From IMG/VR virus record IMGVR_UViG_3300021478_000001, positions 22,934 through 86,933 of that record: a stretch of 64,000 bases of DNA. One strand, 5' to 3'. How positions within the stretch are numbered: position 1 is the first letter of the stretch; each line of letters starts with the position of its first letter. The position numbers and the translations under genes are program-made. A model generated the notes under the pieces. The model had not been told where the DNA came from, searched no databases, and worked only from the letters and a program-made list of their open reading frames with translations. This document shows positions 8,613 through 19,728 of this stretch, in pieces. The stretch comes from a virus.

Positions 8613-11219
8613 ATGCCCATGAAACCGCATAAAGGTGAAAGCCAGAGTGATTTTATGAGTCGCTGTGTGCCAGAAATGATGGGCGATGGCAAGCGTGAAC
8701 AGGATCAAGCTGTGGCAGCGTGCGCACAGATTTGGCGAGATAAGGACAAGATGATGAAAAATCCAGCTAAGGAGTATGCAGATCCAGGTTATCAAGCGGA
8801 TGGTAAGAAGCGATTTGCCATCGATACCAAGGATCAAGTGCGTGTAGCATGGTCTATGGTTCATAATGCTAAACTTGAAAAGAATTACACGGTAGCACAA
8901 CTTAGTCGGATTGAAATCCGTATTACGAACGCTTGGAAAATTTTAGTTGATCCTAGTGGTCCACCAGCTATTGATGATATTGGTGCTATGCAGGCATTGC
9001 GAAAGACAGTAGTTAAAATTGGTGATGCACCTGATGTTGAAGAAGGTGAAAGTCACGATGATTACATGGATCGCTGTATGGAGGAACTAGGCGCTGAAGT
9101 TGGTGGCGACAGTCCTGATGATGATGAAGCAGAAATTGCTTGTGAAGAGATGTTTGAACTTTCTGAAGAAGAAAAAGCTGTGTTTGGATCTGCTCTCATT
9201 ATGCACAAGACACATGCGGAAGCAGCAGAAGGGATGGAGTTTATTTTATCTGACGCCACGGCAGATCGCTTTGGTGATATCGTGGAAGTTAATGGGTGGG
9301 ATTTTGAAAATTTTAAGAAAAATCCTATTGCTTTGTTCGGTCATAATTCGTCCTTCCCGATAGGGAAGTGGAAGAACATCAGGATTAACGAAGACAAGGA
9401 TCTTCGCGCTGAATTGCAGTTGGCTCCGAAAGGCACCAGTGATCGTATTGATGAAATTCGCAAACTGATTGAAGCGGATATTCTTCGGGCAACATCTGTG
9501 GGCTTTCGACCGTTGGATCATGCACCAATTAACAGCAAAGATCCTTGGGGTGGAACGAGATATACCAAACAAGAATTGGTGGAATGCAGTCTGGTATCAG
9601 TACCAGCAAATCCCAATGCTTTGGCTGTAGCCAAGAGCTTGAATATTTCTCCATCTACCGTTCGCATGGTGTTTGGCGAGGATGCCAGCAAAGGCATTGT
9701 GCAGCGGAGTTTAGACGTCGCGAACCGTGGCGAGCATGCCGACAATAAGCGGGGCGCAAAAGAGGGTACTAAAACTGGCGAGCATGCCGAACGTAACGGT
9801 GAAAGAGCGAAAGGACAAAAAATGTTGCTTTCACAGCGCATCCAGGAGGCGGAGAAAAATCTCCTAGCTCTCCAGGATAATCTCGACAAGCATCTCGAGG
9901 GTATCGACGATGGGAACCCCTCTGAAGATCAGATGGTTCTCACCGAAGATTTCACTGCCAAGATTGAGGTTGCCACGCGGCATCTCAAAAATCTCAAGGC
10001 TATCGAGACCAGGAATGCTGGTGGCGCGCAGGATGTAGGTGATCTTGAAAAGCGTGGGAATGGTAAGGCGCCTGCGAATGTCAGCATCATTCTGCCCAAG
10101 AAGAAAGTGGAACCGCTTGACTTTTTGGTACGCGCGGCGTTGGTGCGTTGCAAGTCCAAGATCGACGGCGCCACTATCGATGATACCCGCCGGAAGATTT
10201 ACGGCGATGATGAAGCTACGCGCGTCATGTGCGACTTGATGCTGAAAGCAGCGAGCGCGCCGGCGATGACTACTGTGACAGGATGGGCTGCAGAACTTGT
10301 GCAGACTATCTGGGCAGCGTTCATGGAAGTCTTGTTGCCTGTGAGCGTTTATCCGCGACTTTCGGCGGCTGGTCTGTCGCTGACGTTTGGTGCTGCCGGT
10401 AAGATTATCATTCCTACTCGTAATCTTACTCCATCGATCAGCGGCAGCTTTGTTGGAGAAGGTCAACCTATTCCAGTGAGACAAGGTGCCTTCTCGTCGC
10501 AACAACTTACGCCGAAGAAGATGGCTGTCATCACGACCTGGACTCGTGAGATGGACGAGCATTCAATCCCAGCAATTGAGGGTCTGCTGCGGCAAGCCAT
10601 CCTGGATGATACCGCAATCAGCCTGGACACTGTTTTGTTGGACGTCAATCCGGCCACGGCAATACGTCCGCCTGGTTTGCGTTCTTACCAGGCAGGACTC
10701 ACGCCATCAGCTGTTGCAACTAATCCGTTTGCGAATTTTGTTGCTGACTTCAAGTCGCTCTATGGGGCGCTCTTGACGTTGACTAGCGGCAATGTTCGTA
10801 ATCCGGTTATTATGTTGAATCCAACACAGGTCTTGGGTATCTCGTTGATCCAACCTCCGAATGCTGCTACCACTTTGTTCCCATTTATGACCATGATCGA
10901 TGGGGGCAAAATTCTCAAGGTGGGTTTGATTGAGTCGGCGACGGTACCGGTGGGCATGGCCATCATGGTGGATGCTGCTGATTTCACAACTGCTGGCGCT
11001 GAAGGTCCGCGCTTGGAAATCAGTGATCAAGCAACACTGCATATGGAAGACACCACACCGCAGGATATCGTTGGAGGTGGTGCATCTGGCCCGACTGTTG
11101 CTAATCCTGTGAAGAGTATGTGGCAGACGGATAGCTTGGCGCTGCGCTTGATCATGCATATGAACTGGATCATGCGGCGTCCGGTAGTTTCCTGGATGAC
11201 TGGAGTCCAGTGGGGTTAA
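8613..11219 (+). CDS. HK97-family prohead protease - major capsid protein fusion with N-terminal accessory domains
   Basis: Protease motifs DRFGDIV, LFGHN, TSVGF, ECSLVSVPANPNA; coiled-coil scaffold; capsid fold region FVGEGQPIP...LTPKKMAVI. Confidence 0.92.
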   Translation: MPMKPHKGESQSDFMSRCVPEMMGDGKREQDQAVAACAQIWRDKDKMMKNPAKEYADPGYQADGKKRFAIDTKDQVRVAWSMVHNAKLEKNYTVAQLSRIEIRITNAWKILVDPSGPPAIDDIGAMQALRKTVVKIGDAPDVEEGESHDDYMDRCMEELGAEVGGDSPDDDEAEIACEEMFELSEEEKAVFGSALIMHKTHAEAAEGMEFILSDATADRFGDIVEVNGWDFENFKKNPIALFGHNSSFPIGKWKNIRINEDKDLRAELQLAPKGTSDRIDEIRKLIEADILRATSVGFRPLDHAPINSKDPWGGTRYTKQELVECSLVSVPANPNALAVAKSLNISPSTVRMVFGEDASKGIVQRSLDVANRGEHADNKRGAKEGTKTGEHAERNGERAKGQKMLLSQRIQEAEKNLLALQDNLDKHLEGIDDGNPSEDQMVLTEDFTAKIEVATRHLKNLKAIETRNAGGAQDVGDLEKRGNGKAPANVSIILPKKKVEPLDFLVRAALVRCKSKIDGATIDDTRRKIYGDDEATRVMCDLMLKAASAPAMTTVTGWAAELVQTIWAAFMEVLLPVSVYPRLSAAGLSLTFGAAGKIIIPTRNLTPSISGSFVGEGQPIPVRQGAFSSQQLTPKKMAVITTWTREMDEHSIPAIEGLLRQAILDDTAISLDTVLLDVNPATAIRPPGLRSYQAGLTPSAVATNPFANFVADFKSLYGALLTLTSGNVRNPVIMLNPTQVLGISLIQPPNAATTLFPFMTMIDGGKILKVGLIESATVPVGMAIMVDAADFTTAGAEGPRLEISDQATLHMEDTTPQDIVGGGASGPTVANPVKSMWQTDSLALRLIMHMNWIMRRPVVSWMTGVQWG

Positions 11220-11329
11220 TAGTTCGGGGCACTAACCAGCACTAGATGCCCTGAAGGGGACTGGCATGCTGATCTGTTTGCTGGCAGGGAATGTCGGTCC
11301 CCGCTCATTCTTAACCAAAGGAGCCTGAA

Positions 11330-11659
11330 ATGGCAGAAGAAAAGCACGTATCGGAAGAAGCAAAAAAGCGCATGGCGGAAGATAAGAAAAAACTTGAAAC
11401 TGAGCGTGAAGCACGCGCCAAGGCGCAAGCAGAACACCAAAAGAAGATGACAGGTCGACCGACTCCTACTCAGGAAGAAGCCGACTTAATCAAGCTTGGT
11501 CATCATCCGGAACTTGAACCTGATGGTTCTACAGATCCGTATGCTGTTCCTACCACTACCGAGACCAAGCATATGGAGCATGCTGAAGGTAAGCCGTATC
11601 AGACGCGCCAGCAAATGCCGGCGAGTGGACGCGGCAGCACTGAAAGCAAGTCTTCCTAA
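11330..11659 (+). CDS. hypothetical charged protein
   Basis: AAGGAG RBS; RPTPTQEEADLIKLG motif. Confidence 0.65.
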   Translation: MAEEKHVSEEAKKRMAEDKKKLETEREARAKAQAEHQKKMTGRPTPTQEEADLIKLGHHPELEPDGSTDPYAVPTTTETKHMEHAEGKPYQTRQQMPASGRGSTESKSS

Positions 11660-13110
11660 TGGGCTTTGCAAAGCGCCTATCTACTTGGGCCGGAGCCGCC
11701 ATCAAGGCGGTCTCCGGTTTTCCTGCCGAGGGCCAGTATCGTCCTGGTCCTTGGTATCTTCCTGTAACACATGGATGGTTGCCCGCGGATGTTGGTAACT
11801 CTTTGAATTGGTGGCAGAACGGATATACTCCGATATTGCAAAGTGCACAGTTATCAATTATAGAAGCTTGTGTTGGTGCATATTCACAGACGATGGCGAT
11901 GTGTCCTGGAGATCATTGGCGTTCTAAATCTAATGGTGGTCGAGAGCGTGTTACGAATTCTTCGCTGTGTCGTATCTTGCGATATCCTAATGATTATCAG
12001 TCAATGTCTGATTTTTTGTTGAATGCTGTGCGTCAATTGTATTTGCAGGGTAACGCCTATGCGCTTTGTATACGAAATTCACGTTTTGAAATTACTGAAT
12101 TGCATCTTATGGATAACCGCTATTGTCGAGCGCTGATAGACGGTAGCGGTGAAGTGCATTATAGCTTGGGAGGCAATTGGGTTATTGAAAATCGTATAGG
12201 GCCATTAGCAACAGTGCCTCAGCGTGACGTGCTGCATATCAAATTGCATTGTGACCAGCTTCGTAATCCATTGATTGGTCAGACGCCATTGGCGGCGGCT
12301 TATTTGGATACTGCAATGGGACAAAGTATTAAGGAACAACAATTCATATTTTATCAACGCCAAGCAAAGCCTGGATTTGTGCTGAGCACTGATCTAACTT
12401 TGGAAAAAGATCAAGTCAGTGCTCTGCGTGATCGTTGGACAGAACAAACGACTGGAGCCAATACTGGCGGTACTCCAATTCTTACTGGAGGTTTGAAGCC
12501 GCAACAGATTCCAGTAACAAGTTGGCGTGATGCTCAACTCGCTGAGTTGCTCAAGCTGACAGATCAAGATATCGCCATGGCTTTTCGAGTGCCGCCGCAG
12601 ATAATAGGTATACCGGCGCACAGTACTCATGGCACGACAGAAGCAATGATGCGTTCTTGGATTGCTACTGGATTTGGATTCTGCATCAATCATGTTGAAG
12701 AAGCTTTTGGATTGACCTTTGGTCTCAAGGGTCAGCCTGATGATTATGTAGAATTCAGCACAGACATTCTTTTACGATCTGACTTTAAGGATCGTATTGA
12801 TGGGCTTACTAAAGCCGTGGTCGGTGGTATCTTTTCACCGAATGAAGCACGGAATCAAGAAGATCTTCCTAATGTGCCGTTTGGAGATGAGCCGCGCGTG
12901 CAACAACAAGTAGTCCCGCTCAGTGCAGCGGGTAAAATACCAGCATCGCCTGCCGCTCCGCCAGCACCTCCGGCACCAAAAGCACCGGAGGAGCCGCAGA
13001 GGAGCTTGAACGCTGATGCAAGAAGAAACAGCTTTGCCAGAATCCTCCTTAACAGATCAAGACAACTTGAACGGGAACAACAGCGAAGAATTTCCGGACG
13101 CGTTGCTTGA
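11659..13110 (+). CDS. HK97-family portal protein
   Basis: [39 protein letters not shown] motifs. Confidence 0.92.
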   Translation: MGFAKRLSTWAGAAIKAVSGFPAEGQYRPGPWYLPVTHGWLPADVGNSLNWWQNGYTPILQSAQLSIIEACVGAYSQTMAMCPGDHWRSKSNGGRERVTNSSLCRILRYPNDYQSMSDFLLNAVRQLYLQGNAYALCIRNSRFEITELHLMDNRYCRALIDGSGEVHYSLGGNWVIENRIGPLATVPQRDVLHIKLHCDQLRNPLIGQTPLAAAYLDTAMGQSIKEQQFIFYQRQAKPGFVLSTDLTLEKDQVSALRDRWTEQTTGANTGGTPILTGGLKPQQIPVTSWRDAQLAELLKLTDQDIAMAFRVPPQIIGIPAHSTHGTTEAMMRSWIATGFGFCINHVEEAFGLTFGLKGQPDDYVEFSTDILLRSDFKDRIDGLTKAVVGGIFSPNEARNQEDLPNVPFGDEPRVQQQVVPLSAAGKIPASPAAPPAPPAPKAPEEPQRSLNADARRNSFARILLNRSRQLEREQQRRISGRVA

Positions 13111-14581
13111 TGCAGGTGCGGCGGTTCTAGCTCAACTCCGTGAGGAGTGGAAGAGAGAATGGTCGCGAGATTATGAAGTTATGCAATCGAAACACCGCGA
13201 ATTTGAAGCGGTGATGCGTGCTGAGTTACTTATGATCAGACTTGAAGTTTCTAACTTGTTAGCACAAGTCAAGCACGGTGATCCTGGAGAGCCTGGAGAG
13301 CCTGGACGTAATGGCGCCGATGGAGATAAAGGCGACAAGGGCGATAAAGGTGATAAAGGTGATCGCGGTGAAAAAGGTGATAAGGGAGATCTTGGAGAAC
13401 CGGGACGTAATGGAGATCCTGGATTGCAAGGCATTAAAGGTGAACAAGGTCTTCCTGGTTTGCCAGGAGTAACTGGACCTCAAGGTTTGAAAGGTGATTC
13501 TGGAGAACCTGGACGTAATGGTGAACCTGGAATGCGCGGTGAGCGTGGTGAAATTGGACAACAAGGTTTGATTGGACCTATTGGAGAGCGTGGTGAAAAA
13601 GGTGATTCTGGAGAGCCGGGACGTAATGGTGTTGATGGTTTGATTGGACCACGTGGTGAAAAAGGTGAATGTGGAGAACCTGGATCAATTGGAGAGCGTG
13701 GTGAAAAAGGTGATCCTGGAGAGCCAGGACGTAATGGCGCTGAAGGTTTGATTGGACCGCGTGGTGAGAAAGGCGAACCTGGATCAGTTGGATTGCGTGG
13801 TGAGAAAGGTGATATTGGAGAACCTGGACGCAATGGCGCTGATGGTTTGATTGGGCCATGCGGTGAAAAAGGTGATCAAGGGGACCGCGGTGAAAAAGGT
13901 GAGCCGGGAATACCTGGATTAAGCATTAAAGGTGATCAGGGAGAGCGCGGTGATAAAGGGGAACGTGGTGAAAGCGGCTCACGTGGTGAGAGGGGTGAAG
14001 TGGGCGATCCGGGGCGTAACGGCGCAATGGGAGAGCGTGGTCCCCAAGGTGAAAAAGGCGACCGTGGTGAAGCCGGTCCGCGCGGTACGATAGAAAGAAT
14101 TGTTCCGTGGACAGATCGCATCTTTTATGAAGGTGATCTGGCAACTCATAGAGGTTCCAGCTGGCAAGCAGTTCGCGATACCGCAAAAGAACCTGATAGT
14201 ACTGATGATTGGAGACTAATAGCGGCGGCTGGTCAGCCTGGAGTAACATTCAATATTCGTGGTACGTATTCTGAGAAAGAAATTTATCGAGCTCTTGATG
14301 TAGTCACTTTGGATTATGGATGGTTTGTAGCCAAGAAAGATAATCCAGGTGTGATTCCTGGTCCTGGTTGGCAGTCTGGTCCTGTGGGCAAGCGTGGTGA
14401 AAAAGGTTTGCCTGGAGATAAAGGACCGCAAGGACCAGTAGGTAAGGCCGCGCCGCATTGGATAGGTGTTAAGATTGATGGTTATGACTTGATAACTGTT
14501 TTGAGCGATGGCACAATGGGTCCTAAAATTTCCTTAACTAAAATGTTTGATCAATTCATAGCGGAACAGTTGAGGAAGTGA
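13016..14581 (+). CDS. collagen-like protein (charged G-E/D-K/R triplets), head/neck region
   Basis: Gly-X-Y tract with recurring GEPGRNG and GEKGD units; C-terminal globular domain. Confidence 0.85.
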   Translation: MQEETALPESSLTDQDNLNGNNSEEFPDALLDAGAAVLAQLREEWKREWSRDYEVMQSKHREFEAVMRAELLMIRLEVSNLLAQVKHGDPGEPGEPGRNGADGDKGDKGDKGDKGDRGEKGDKGDLGEPGRNGDPGLQGIKGEQGLPGLPGVTGPQGLKGDSGEPGRNGEPGMRGERGEIGQQGLIGPIGERGEKGDSGEPGRNGVDGLIGPRGEKGECGEPGSIGERGEKGDPGEPGRNGAEGLIGPRGEKGEPGSVGLRGEKGDIGEPGRNGADGLIGPCGEKGDQGDRGEKGEPGIPGLSIKGDQGERGDKGERGESGSRGERGEVGDPGRNGAMGERGPQGEKGDRGEAGPRGTIERIVPWTDRIFYEGDLATHRGSSWQAVRDTAKEPDSTDDWRLIAAAGQPGVTFNIRGTYSEKEIYRALDVVTLDYGWFVAKKDNPGVIPGPGWQSGPVGKRGEKGLPGDKGPQGPVGKAAPHWIGVKIDGYDLITVLSDGTMGPKISLTKMFDQFIAEQLRK

Positions 14582-14584
14582 GCT

Positions 14585-15235
14585 ATGCAACAGATCCTCA
14601 ATGTAATCACCAAGTCTGACACGTATGATTTAGTGACGCTTGCTGAAATGAAAATGAAAATGTTTATTCCGACTACGGATACAAGCAAGGATGCTTTGTT
14701 GCAGGAATTGATTACCAACATTTCTGAAACGATTGCTAAGATGTGTAATCGTGTATTTGCTTATGAAAAGGTTGATGAAAGCTATTATCAGCTTAGTGAT
14801 GATTGTTATACTCAACGTCTGTATTTGTCGCGTTGGCCTGTGGTTAAGACAGACATTGAAACTTTTATGCAGAATCAGATTGATATTTCTAGTTGGTTAG
14901 CAGATGGTACTTGTGTGCTTGAAGAAGAAACAGGCACCATTTATCTATCATCAAGTAATGGACCATGGACTGGTCAAGTTGATGTAGTTTACAGCGGCGG
15001 CTATCAATTGCCGGATGGCGCACCAGGAACATTGAAGTTTGCTGTTGAAGCTGTTATTCGTGAAAGTTACATGTCGTGGATTAGAAATCCAGCATTGTTT
15101 GGAGTTCGTTTGTTAACTCATAAGCAAGCGCGCATAGGCTACTATGGTCCGAATATGTTTCCAGTAATGGGACTTCCACAGACTTGGAAGACTGTTGAAA
15201 GCTTGATCTACAAATACATACGTCATTGGGTCTGA
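14585..15235 (+). CDS. head-tail connector (gp6-like)
   Basis: LVTLAEMK...D.LLQELI...CNR.F...L..WPV...YSGGY..P pattern. Confidence 0.75.
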   Translation: MQQILNVITKSDTYDLVTLAEMKMKMFIPTTDTSKDALLQELITNISETIAKMCNRVFAYEKVDESYYQLSDDCYTQRLYLSRWPVVKTDIETFMQNQIDISSWLADGTCVLEEETGTIYLSSSNGPWTGQVDVVYSGGYQLPDGAPGTLKFAVEAVIRESYMSWIRNPALFGVRLLTHKQARIGYYGPNMFPVMGLPQTWKTVESLIYKYIRHWV

Positions 15236-15245
15236 AAGGTGGACA

Positions 15246-16310
15246 ATGAAACAGGATCGTGATCTAGTCAAGCAATTGACTCAGCAACCTTCCAATCAGG
15301 TTTGGCGTGCCGCTACCGCAGTTGTTAAGGGGCATGTGCTAGGTTGCACCGCGGAACAAGCGGCAAGAGGCTTGTATCCTGATGATCCAGTCACACCATT
15401 GATCTTGCGCGCGGGCAGTACGCAAGCGACAACGACGGATCCAGCATGGGCTGGACCGCTGGCGCAATATGCGGTGTCGCAAGCAATTGAAGATATTGTA
15501 GCGATGACTGTCGCTTATCGTTTGGAAATGGGCGGCGCATTGCGTATAGATTTAGGACGATTGGCATCAGTGACAGTTCCTGGCCGTGCTGTATCACCGG
15601 CTGATGCTGGAACATGGGTTGGAGAAGGACAACCAATTCCAGTTCGGCAAATGAATATTTTTCCAGGAGCAAAATTAACGCCGACAAAGTTGGCAGTTAT
15701 CGTGACTTTGACGCGAGAAATTACTGAAGCATCTAATATTGAAGATGTTTTGAAAAAGCTTTTGACAGAAGCTGCCGGAATAGCATTGGATACTGCGTTG
15801 TTTAGTACAGCGGCAGTGTCGGCAGTGAAACCGGCAGGACTACTATATGGTGTGACTCCACTAACTCCAATATCGAGCACTCTTGGTTTTGATGCTTGCG
15901 GCCAAGATATGGGTCTTCTTGTGCAAGACATTGCTACTCGTGGGGGAGGCCGCAATGCTTTCTTTATCGCAGCTCCTAAACAAGCAACTTCAATACGGTT
16001 TTTTGCTGGTGGTCAATTTGGTGATGCACCAGGAAAAGATATTCTGCCTGTCGCTGCATCTGTTGGTCTGCCTGTTGGGACCGTGGTATGTTTGGAGCCA
16101 GAAAGTTTGGTGTTCACCATTGCTGATCCACAGTTTTCGATCTCTAGTGTGGCAGCCGTGCAACAAGAAGATACGACGCCGACGTCAGATCTTACAAATG
16201 CTACCAAGTCGATGTATCAGATTGATGCTTATGCTTTGAAGATGATTGTGTGGGCGAGTTGGGGTTTGCGTGCTCCACATGTTTCTTTTATGAGCACTGT
16301 AAACTGGTAA
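15246..16310 (+). CDS. second capsid-fold protein (paralogue of the MCP domain)
   Basis: Aligns by eye to MCP: WAGPLAQ/WAAELVQ, WVGEGQPIPVRQ/FVGEGQPIPVRQ, LTPTKLAVI/LTPKKMAVI, KSMYQID/KSMWQTD. Confidence 0.85.
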   Translation: MKQDRDLVKQLTQQPSNQVWRAATAVVKGHVLGCTAEQAARGLYPDDPVTPLILRAGSTQATTTDPAWAGPLAQYAVSQAIEDIVAMTVAYRLEMGGALRIDLGRLASVTVPGRAVSPADAGTWVGEGQPIPVRQMNIFPGAKLTPTKLAVIVTLTREITEASNIEDVLKKLLTEAAGIALDTALFSTAAVSAVKPAGLLYGVTPLTPISSTLGFDACGQDMGLLVQDIATRGGGRNAFFIAAPKQATSIRFFAGGQFGDAPGKDILPVAASVGLPVGTVVCLEPESLVFTIADPQFSISSVAAVQQEDTTPTSDLTNATKSMYQIDAYALKMIVWASWGLRAPHVSFMSTVNW

Positions 16311-16311
16311 A

Positions 16312-16683
16312 ATGTTTTTCATCCAAATAGATGCTAGTTCAGTCATCGAGCGGGTTGATGATATGATTGGCAAATTGAAAGGATTTCCAAATTTTATGGC
16401 CGATGAGTTAACTCATTGGCAAGCTGAAGACATGCATCGGACTGTTGGATTGAATACTGCATTAAAAGAAAATGTGGCTGAAACAATTATTACTCAGCAT
16501 ACCCAACCAGGAGAAGCACATCTCGTGCGTACTTCACGGCGTAGGATACGCAGAGTGTCTTCTAGACAGCTTTCAGCGCGACGTGGTTCAGCTAGTGAAA
16601 AACCGATTCTTCGGCAATCGCTTTTGGATTTGCTAGATCAGCGAATGCAAATGTTGTTGCAGGGTAAAATCACGTGGCGATAA
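16312..16683 (+). CDS. putative neck/tail-completion protein
   Basis: Position and basic C-terminus ending KPILRQS. Confidence 0.5.
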   Translation: MFFIQIDASSVIERVDDMIGKLKGFPNFMADELTHWQAEDMHRTVGLNTALKENVAETIITQHTQPGEAHLVRTSRRRIRRVSSRQLSARRGSASEKPILRQSLLDLLDQRMQMLLQGKITWR

Positions 16684-17024
16684 ATTTTTCTACAGATTTG
16701 TATGGACCGTGCCAGGATACATTTGGTCGTCCTGTTACGTTTACGTCTACAAAAGGAAATTCCTTTAGCGGACCAGCGCGTGGCATTTATCGGAGTGATG
16801 AAATCAATATTGTTTTGGAAAATGGGTCTATAATTACTGATCAACAAACTATTTTGGATATTAAGACTGATGAATTTTCTGTCTTGCCGGTGCAAGACGA
16901 TACTATCAATATTCCTTTTGAACCTATATCAGGAGTGCCTGCGCTTGGTGATTTTCAAATCATTAATCTATGGCACAATGGGGGTGGTGAGACTACTCTA
17001 GTGATACGGAAAATTGAACCGTGA
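16674..17024 (+). CDS. head-tail joining protein (lambda FII-like)
   Basis: FGRPVTF...RGIY...PVQDD...GGGETTLVIR. Confidence 0.65.
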   Translation: MAINFSTDLYGPCQDTFGRPVTFTSTKGNSFSGPARGIYRSDEINIVLENGSIITDQQTILDIKTDEFSVLPVQDDTINIPFEPISGVPALGDFQIINLWHNGGGETTLVIRKIEP

Positions 17025-17650
17025 TCACTGAACAGCAAAGCTTCGCTTATGATATTAGGGATGCATTCTTTAATGTAATTTCTGCAGATACGTTCTTTAA
17101 TGGGTTCACGGCAAAAAAGAATAAGATGCTGCCGGTGCAACTGACACAGTTGCCCTATCTTGGTGTTTATCTGGTAGATGAAACTATGACGCCGGATGGT
17201 GATGACAATGCGGGCTGTGTCAGGTTTACTCATCTGGCGCGCATAGGATTTTCTGTGATTGTTGTAAACAATGACCAGATTGCTGGTGAAAAATTAAGTG
17301 ATCAAGCTTATTTGAAGATAGGTACGTTGTTGTTTACGAATTCTAAGATTTTCAACATGATACAGAGTAATAATCCTGAAGGTGTGCTTATAGAAGGTGT
17401 GGCGCGTGGCACGCGGCGGCACTTGTATGGCAATGCCGGTTTGAATAACGAAACACCGTTTATTGAAATGCAATATGAAATCTATTGTAAGTTCCGCACA
17501 GAATGGTATCCGGATATCGTAGATACGCTTGATGAGATAGATGTTACTACTGGTATCAAGCAATCAGAAACCCAAGCTGACCGTGATCAACGTCAGCAAG
17601 TGAAAGTAGTTTACTCTGGACTCCAAACGAAAGGAAATGGTCATGGTTGA
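17021..17650 (+). CDS. putative tail terminator/completion protein
   Basis: LPYLGVYLVDE motif; position upstream of sheath. Confidence 0.55.
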   Translation: MITEQQSFAYDIRDAFFNVISADTFFNGFTAKKNKMLPVQLTQLPYLGVYLVDETMTPDGDDNAGCVRFTHLARIGFSVIVVNNDQIAGEKLSDQAYLKIGTLLFTNSKIFNMIQSNNPEGVLIEGVARGTRRHLYGNAGLNNETPFIEMQYEIYCKFRTEWYPDIVDTLDEIDVTTGIKQSETQADRDQRQQVKVVYSGLQTKGNGHG

Positions 17651-17993
17651 TGTTGCTATGAAACTGCAAACGCAAGGCGAAAGACTAAAGGAAAGGGTTG
17701 GTCGTATTCGGGTGCCAGCAAAACGTCCAGGCATTCGTGTTGAACCAGCTAATGAAGATCTTAGGAGGGTGCTGCGGCATATTCCTTCTGGTGTGCGTTT
17801 TAGATCAGAAGGCAGCATTGAATGGCCGGATGATACGTTCACCAGACGTCGCTTGAAAGATGGTTCAGTCAAGCTTGTGGAAAAACAAGATGAATCATGT
17901 CAACAGCTTGAACAAGCAACAGAACAGCAATCTGAACAAGCTGTAGAACAACAGCCTGAACCAAGAACTCAAACTCGGCCACGTTCCCGATAA
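17637..17993 (+). CDS. DUF2635-like (Mu gp38-like) small tail protein
   Basis: WPDDTFTRRRLKDGSV motif directly before sheath. Confidence 0.6.
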   Translation: MVMVDVAMKLQTQGERLKERVGRIRVPAKRPGIRVEPANEDLRRVLRHIPSGVRFRSEGSIEWPDDTFTRRRLKDGSVKLVEKQDESCQQLEQATEQQSEQAVEQQPEPRTQTRPRSR

Positions 17994-18023
17994 GTCTTCA
18001 ATATCCAAATAAAGGAGGGCACC

Positions 18024-19616
18024 ATGCCCATTAGCTATGCAAATATTCCGGCGAATATCAAGGTGCCACTCTACTATGTGGAGGTGGATCCTTCGATGGC
18101 TGGTCTGCCGAGCATTAATCTGCGTGCTTTGCTAATTGGCATTATGATTGCCGATGGTGTGGCCACTAAAGATATTCCGATTCCTATTGGTTCTCAGGCG
18201 CAAGCGGATCGAGCGTTTGGGCCTGGTAGTGAATTGAGCAGAATGTTTCAAGCTTACTACGCGAATAATTTTGCGAATGAAGTCTGGGGTCTCCCGGTGG
18301 CTGAACCGGCAGCTTCAGCGGCAGCGACTGGTACTATCGTGGTGACGACAGCACCAACACAAGCGGGCACCATCCATTTGTATATCGCCGGTACTCATGT
18401 GCCTGTCAATGTTATGTCGACAGACACAGTGACTGACATTGCAGCTGCGATTGCCGATGCAATCAATACTCAATACACAAATCTTGGTACTCCGGCTCTA
18501 CCTGTGACTGCGGTTGCTGCTACTGGTACAGTGACATTGACAGCATCATTCAAAGGCGTGAATGGCAATGATATCACGGTCACTACCAACTATTATGGTA
18601 CTCGTGGTTCTGAGATCACGCCTGTTGGTTTGGCCATGACTTTGCCGACGACAGGTTTGTTGACTGGTGGTACTGGCGTGCCGATATTTGACAATGCTAT
18701 CAACAATATTCAAAAGACGCAATTCGAGTACGTCGCCATGCCGTATACTGACTCCAACAGTCTGTTTGCTTGGGATCAAGAATTCGGGTTTACAGATTCT
18801 GGGCGTTGGGGTTGGAACAGACAGATGTTTGGTCATGTGTTCAGTGCTAAGCGTGGCTTGTATGCCGATCTGTTGCTGTATGGTGAAACGCTTAATAGTG
18901 CTGTGGAATCTATTATGGCGTTTGAAAATACAGCGTTATCCCCAATGTTTGAAGTGTCAGCGGCATACGCTGCTAAAGCGCAGCGCGCATTGATCAATGA
19001 TCCGGCACGGCCGTTGCAGTCGTTGGCGCTTAACAAGATTAAGGGATGCCCGCATCAGGATGATTTTAATTGGGCAGAACTGAATGCGATTGCATCCAGT
19101 GGCTTGGCTATCCAGGAGCGTGGCTCTGATAATCAACCTATGATCGCCAGAGAACAAACATCCTATCAAGTGAATCTCTATGGCCAGCCAGATGATGCTT
19201 ATGAATTGGTGACTACGTTGGCCACACTCGCCAAACTGTTGCGTAATCAGAAAGCTGCGATCACATCCAAGTTCCCGCGCGCGAAACTCGCTGATGATGG
19301 TACCAGATTTGGACCCGGACAGGCAATAGTAACTCCTGGGATTATCAAGGCAGAGCTTGTCAATGAGTATCAGCTCGATTCCTGGAATGGGCTTGTGGAA
19401 AATCTGCGGGCGTTCAAAGCCAACTTGCTTGTTGAACGTGATCCAAACGATCCTAACAGGGTTAATGTTCTGTATCCGCCAGATCTTATCAACCAGCTTC
19501 GTGTCTTTGCAGTGCTGGCACAATTCAGACTGCAATACGACAGAGGCATTGATCTGGCCATTATAGGGCAGGCACCATCTCCGTTCCAAGCGTCATCTGG
19601 TGCACCAGCACAGTAA
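18024..19616 (+). CDS. tail sheath protein (Mu gpL-like)
   Basis: IPANIKVPLYYVEVDPS, FGPGSELSRM, DPARPLQSL, KLADDGTRFGPGQAIVTP, PPDLINQLRVFA. Confidence 0.95.
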   Translation: MPISYANIPANIKVPLYYVEVDPSMAGLPSINLRALLIGIMIADGVATKDIPIPIGSQAQADRAFGPGSELSRMFQAYYANNFANEVWGLPVAEPAASAAATGTIVVTTAPTQAGTIHLYIAGTHVPVNVMSTDTVTDIAAAIADAINTQYTNLGTPALPVTAVAATGTVTLTASFKGVNGNDITVTTNYYGTRGSEITPVGLAMTLPTTGLLTGGTGVPIFDNAINNIQKTQFEYVAMPYTDSNSLFAWDQEFGFTDSGRWGWNRQMFGHVFSAKRGLYADLLLYGETLNSAVESIMAFENTALSPMFEVSAAYAAKAQRALINDPARPLQSLALNKIKGCPHQDDFNWAELNAIASSGLAIQERGSDNQPMIAREQTSYQVNLYGQPDDAYELVTTLATLAKLLRNQKAAITSKFPRAKLADDGTRFGPGQAIVTPGIIKAELVNEYQLDSWNGLVENLRAFKANLLVERDPNDPNRVNVLYPPDLINQLRVFAVLAQFRLQYDRGIDLAIIGQAPSPFQASSGAPAQ

Positions 19617-19658
19617 AACAAATTCTACATCAAGCAATAGGTGCTGCGCTTGGTGTAG

Positions 19659-19702
19659 GGGAGCGAGGCCGAGCATCGAAGGTACTCGCTCCCATTTATT
19701 TT
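19659..19702 (+). terminator. hairpin between sheath and tube (terminator or mRNA stability element)
   Basis: GGGAGCGAG...CTCGCTCCC followed by ATTTATTTT. Confidence 0.4.
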
Positions 19703-19728
19703 CAACCTAGCAAAGAAGGAGAAATGTA

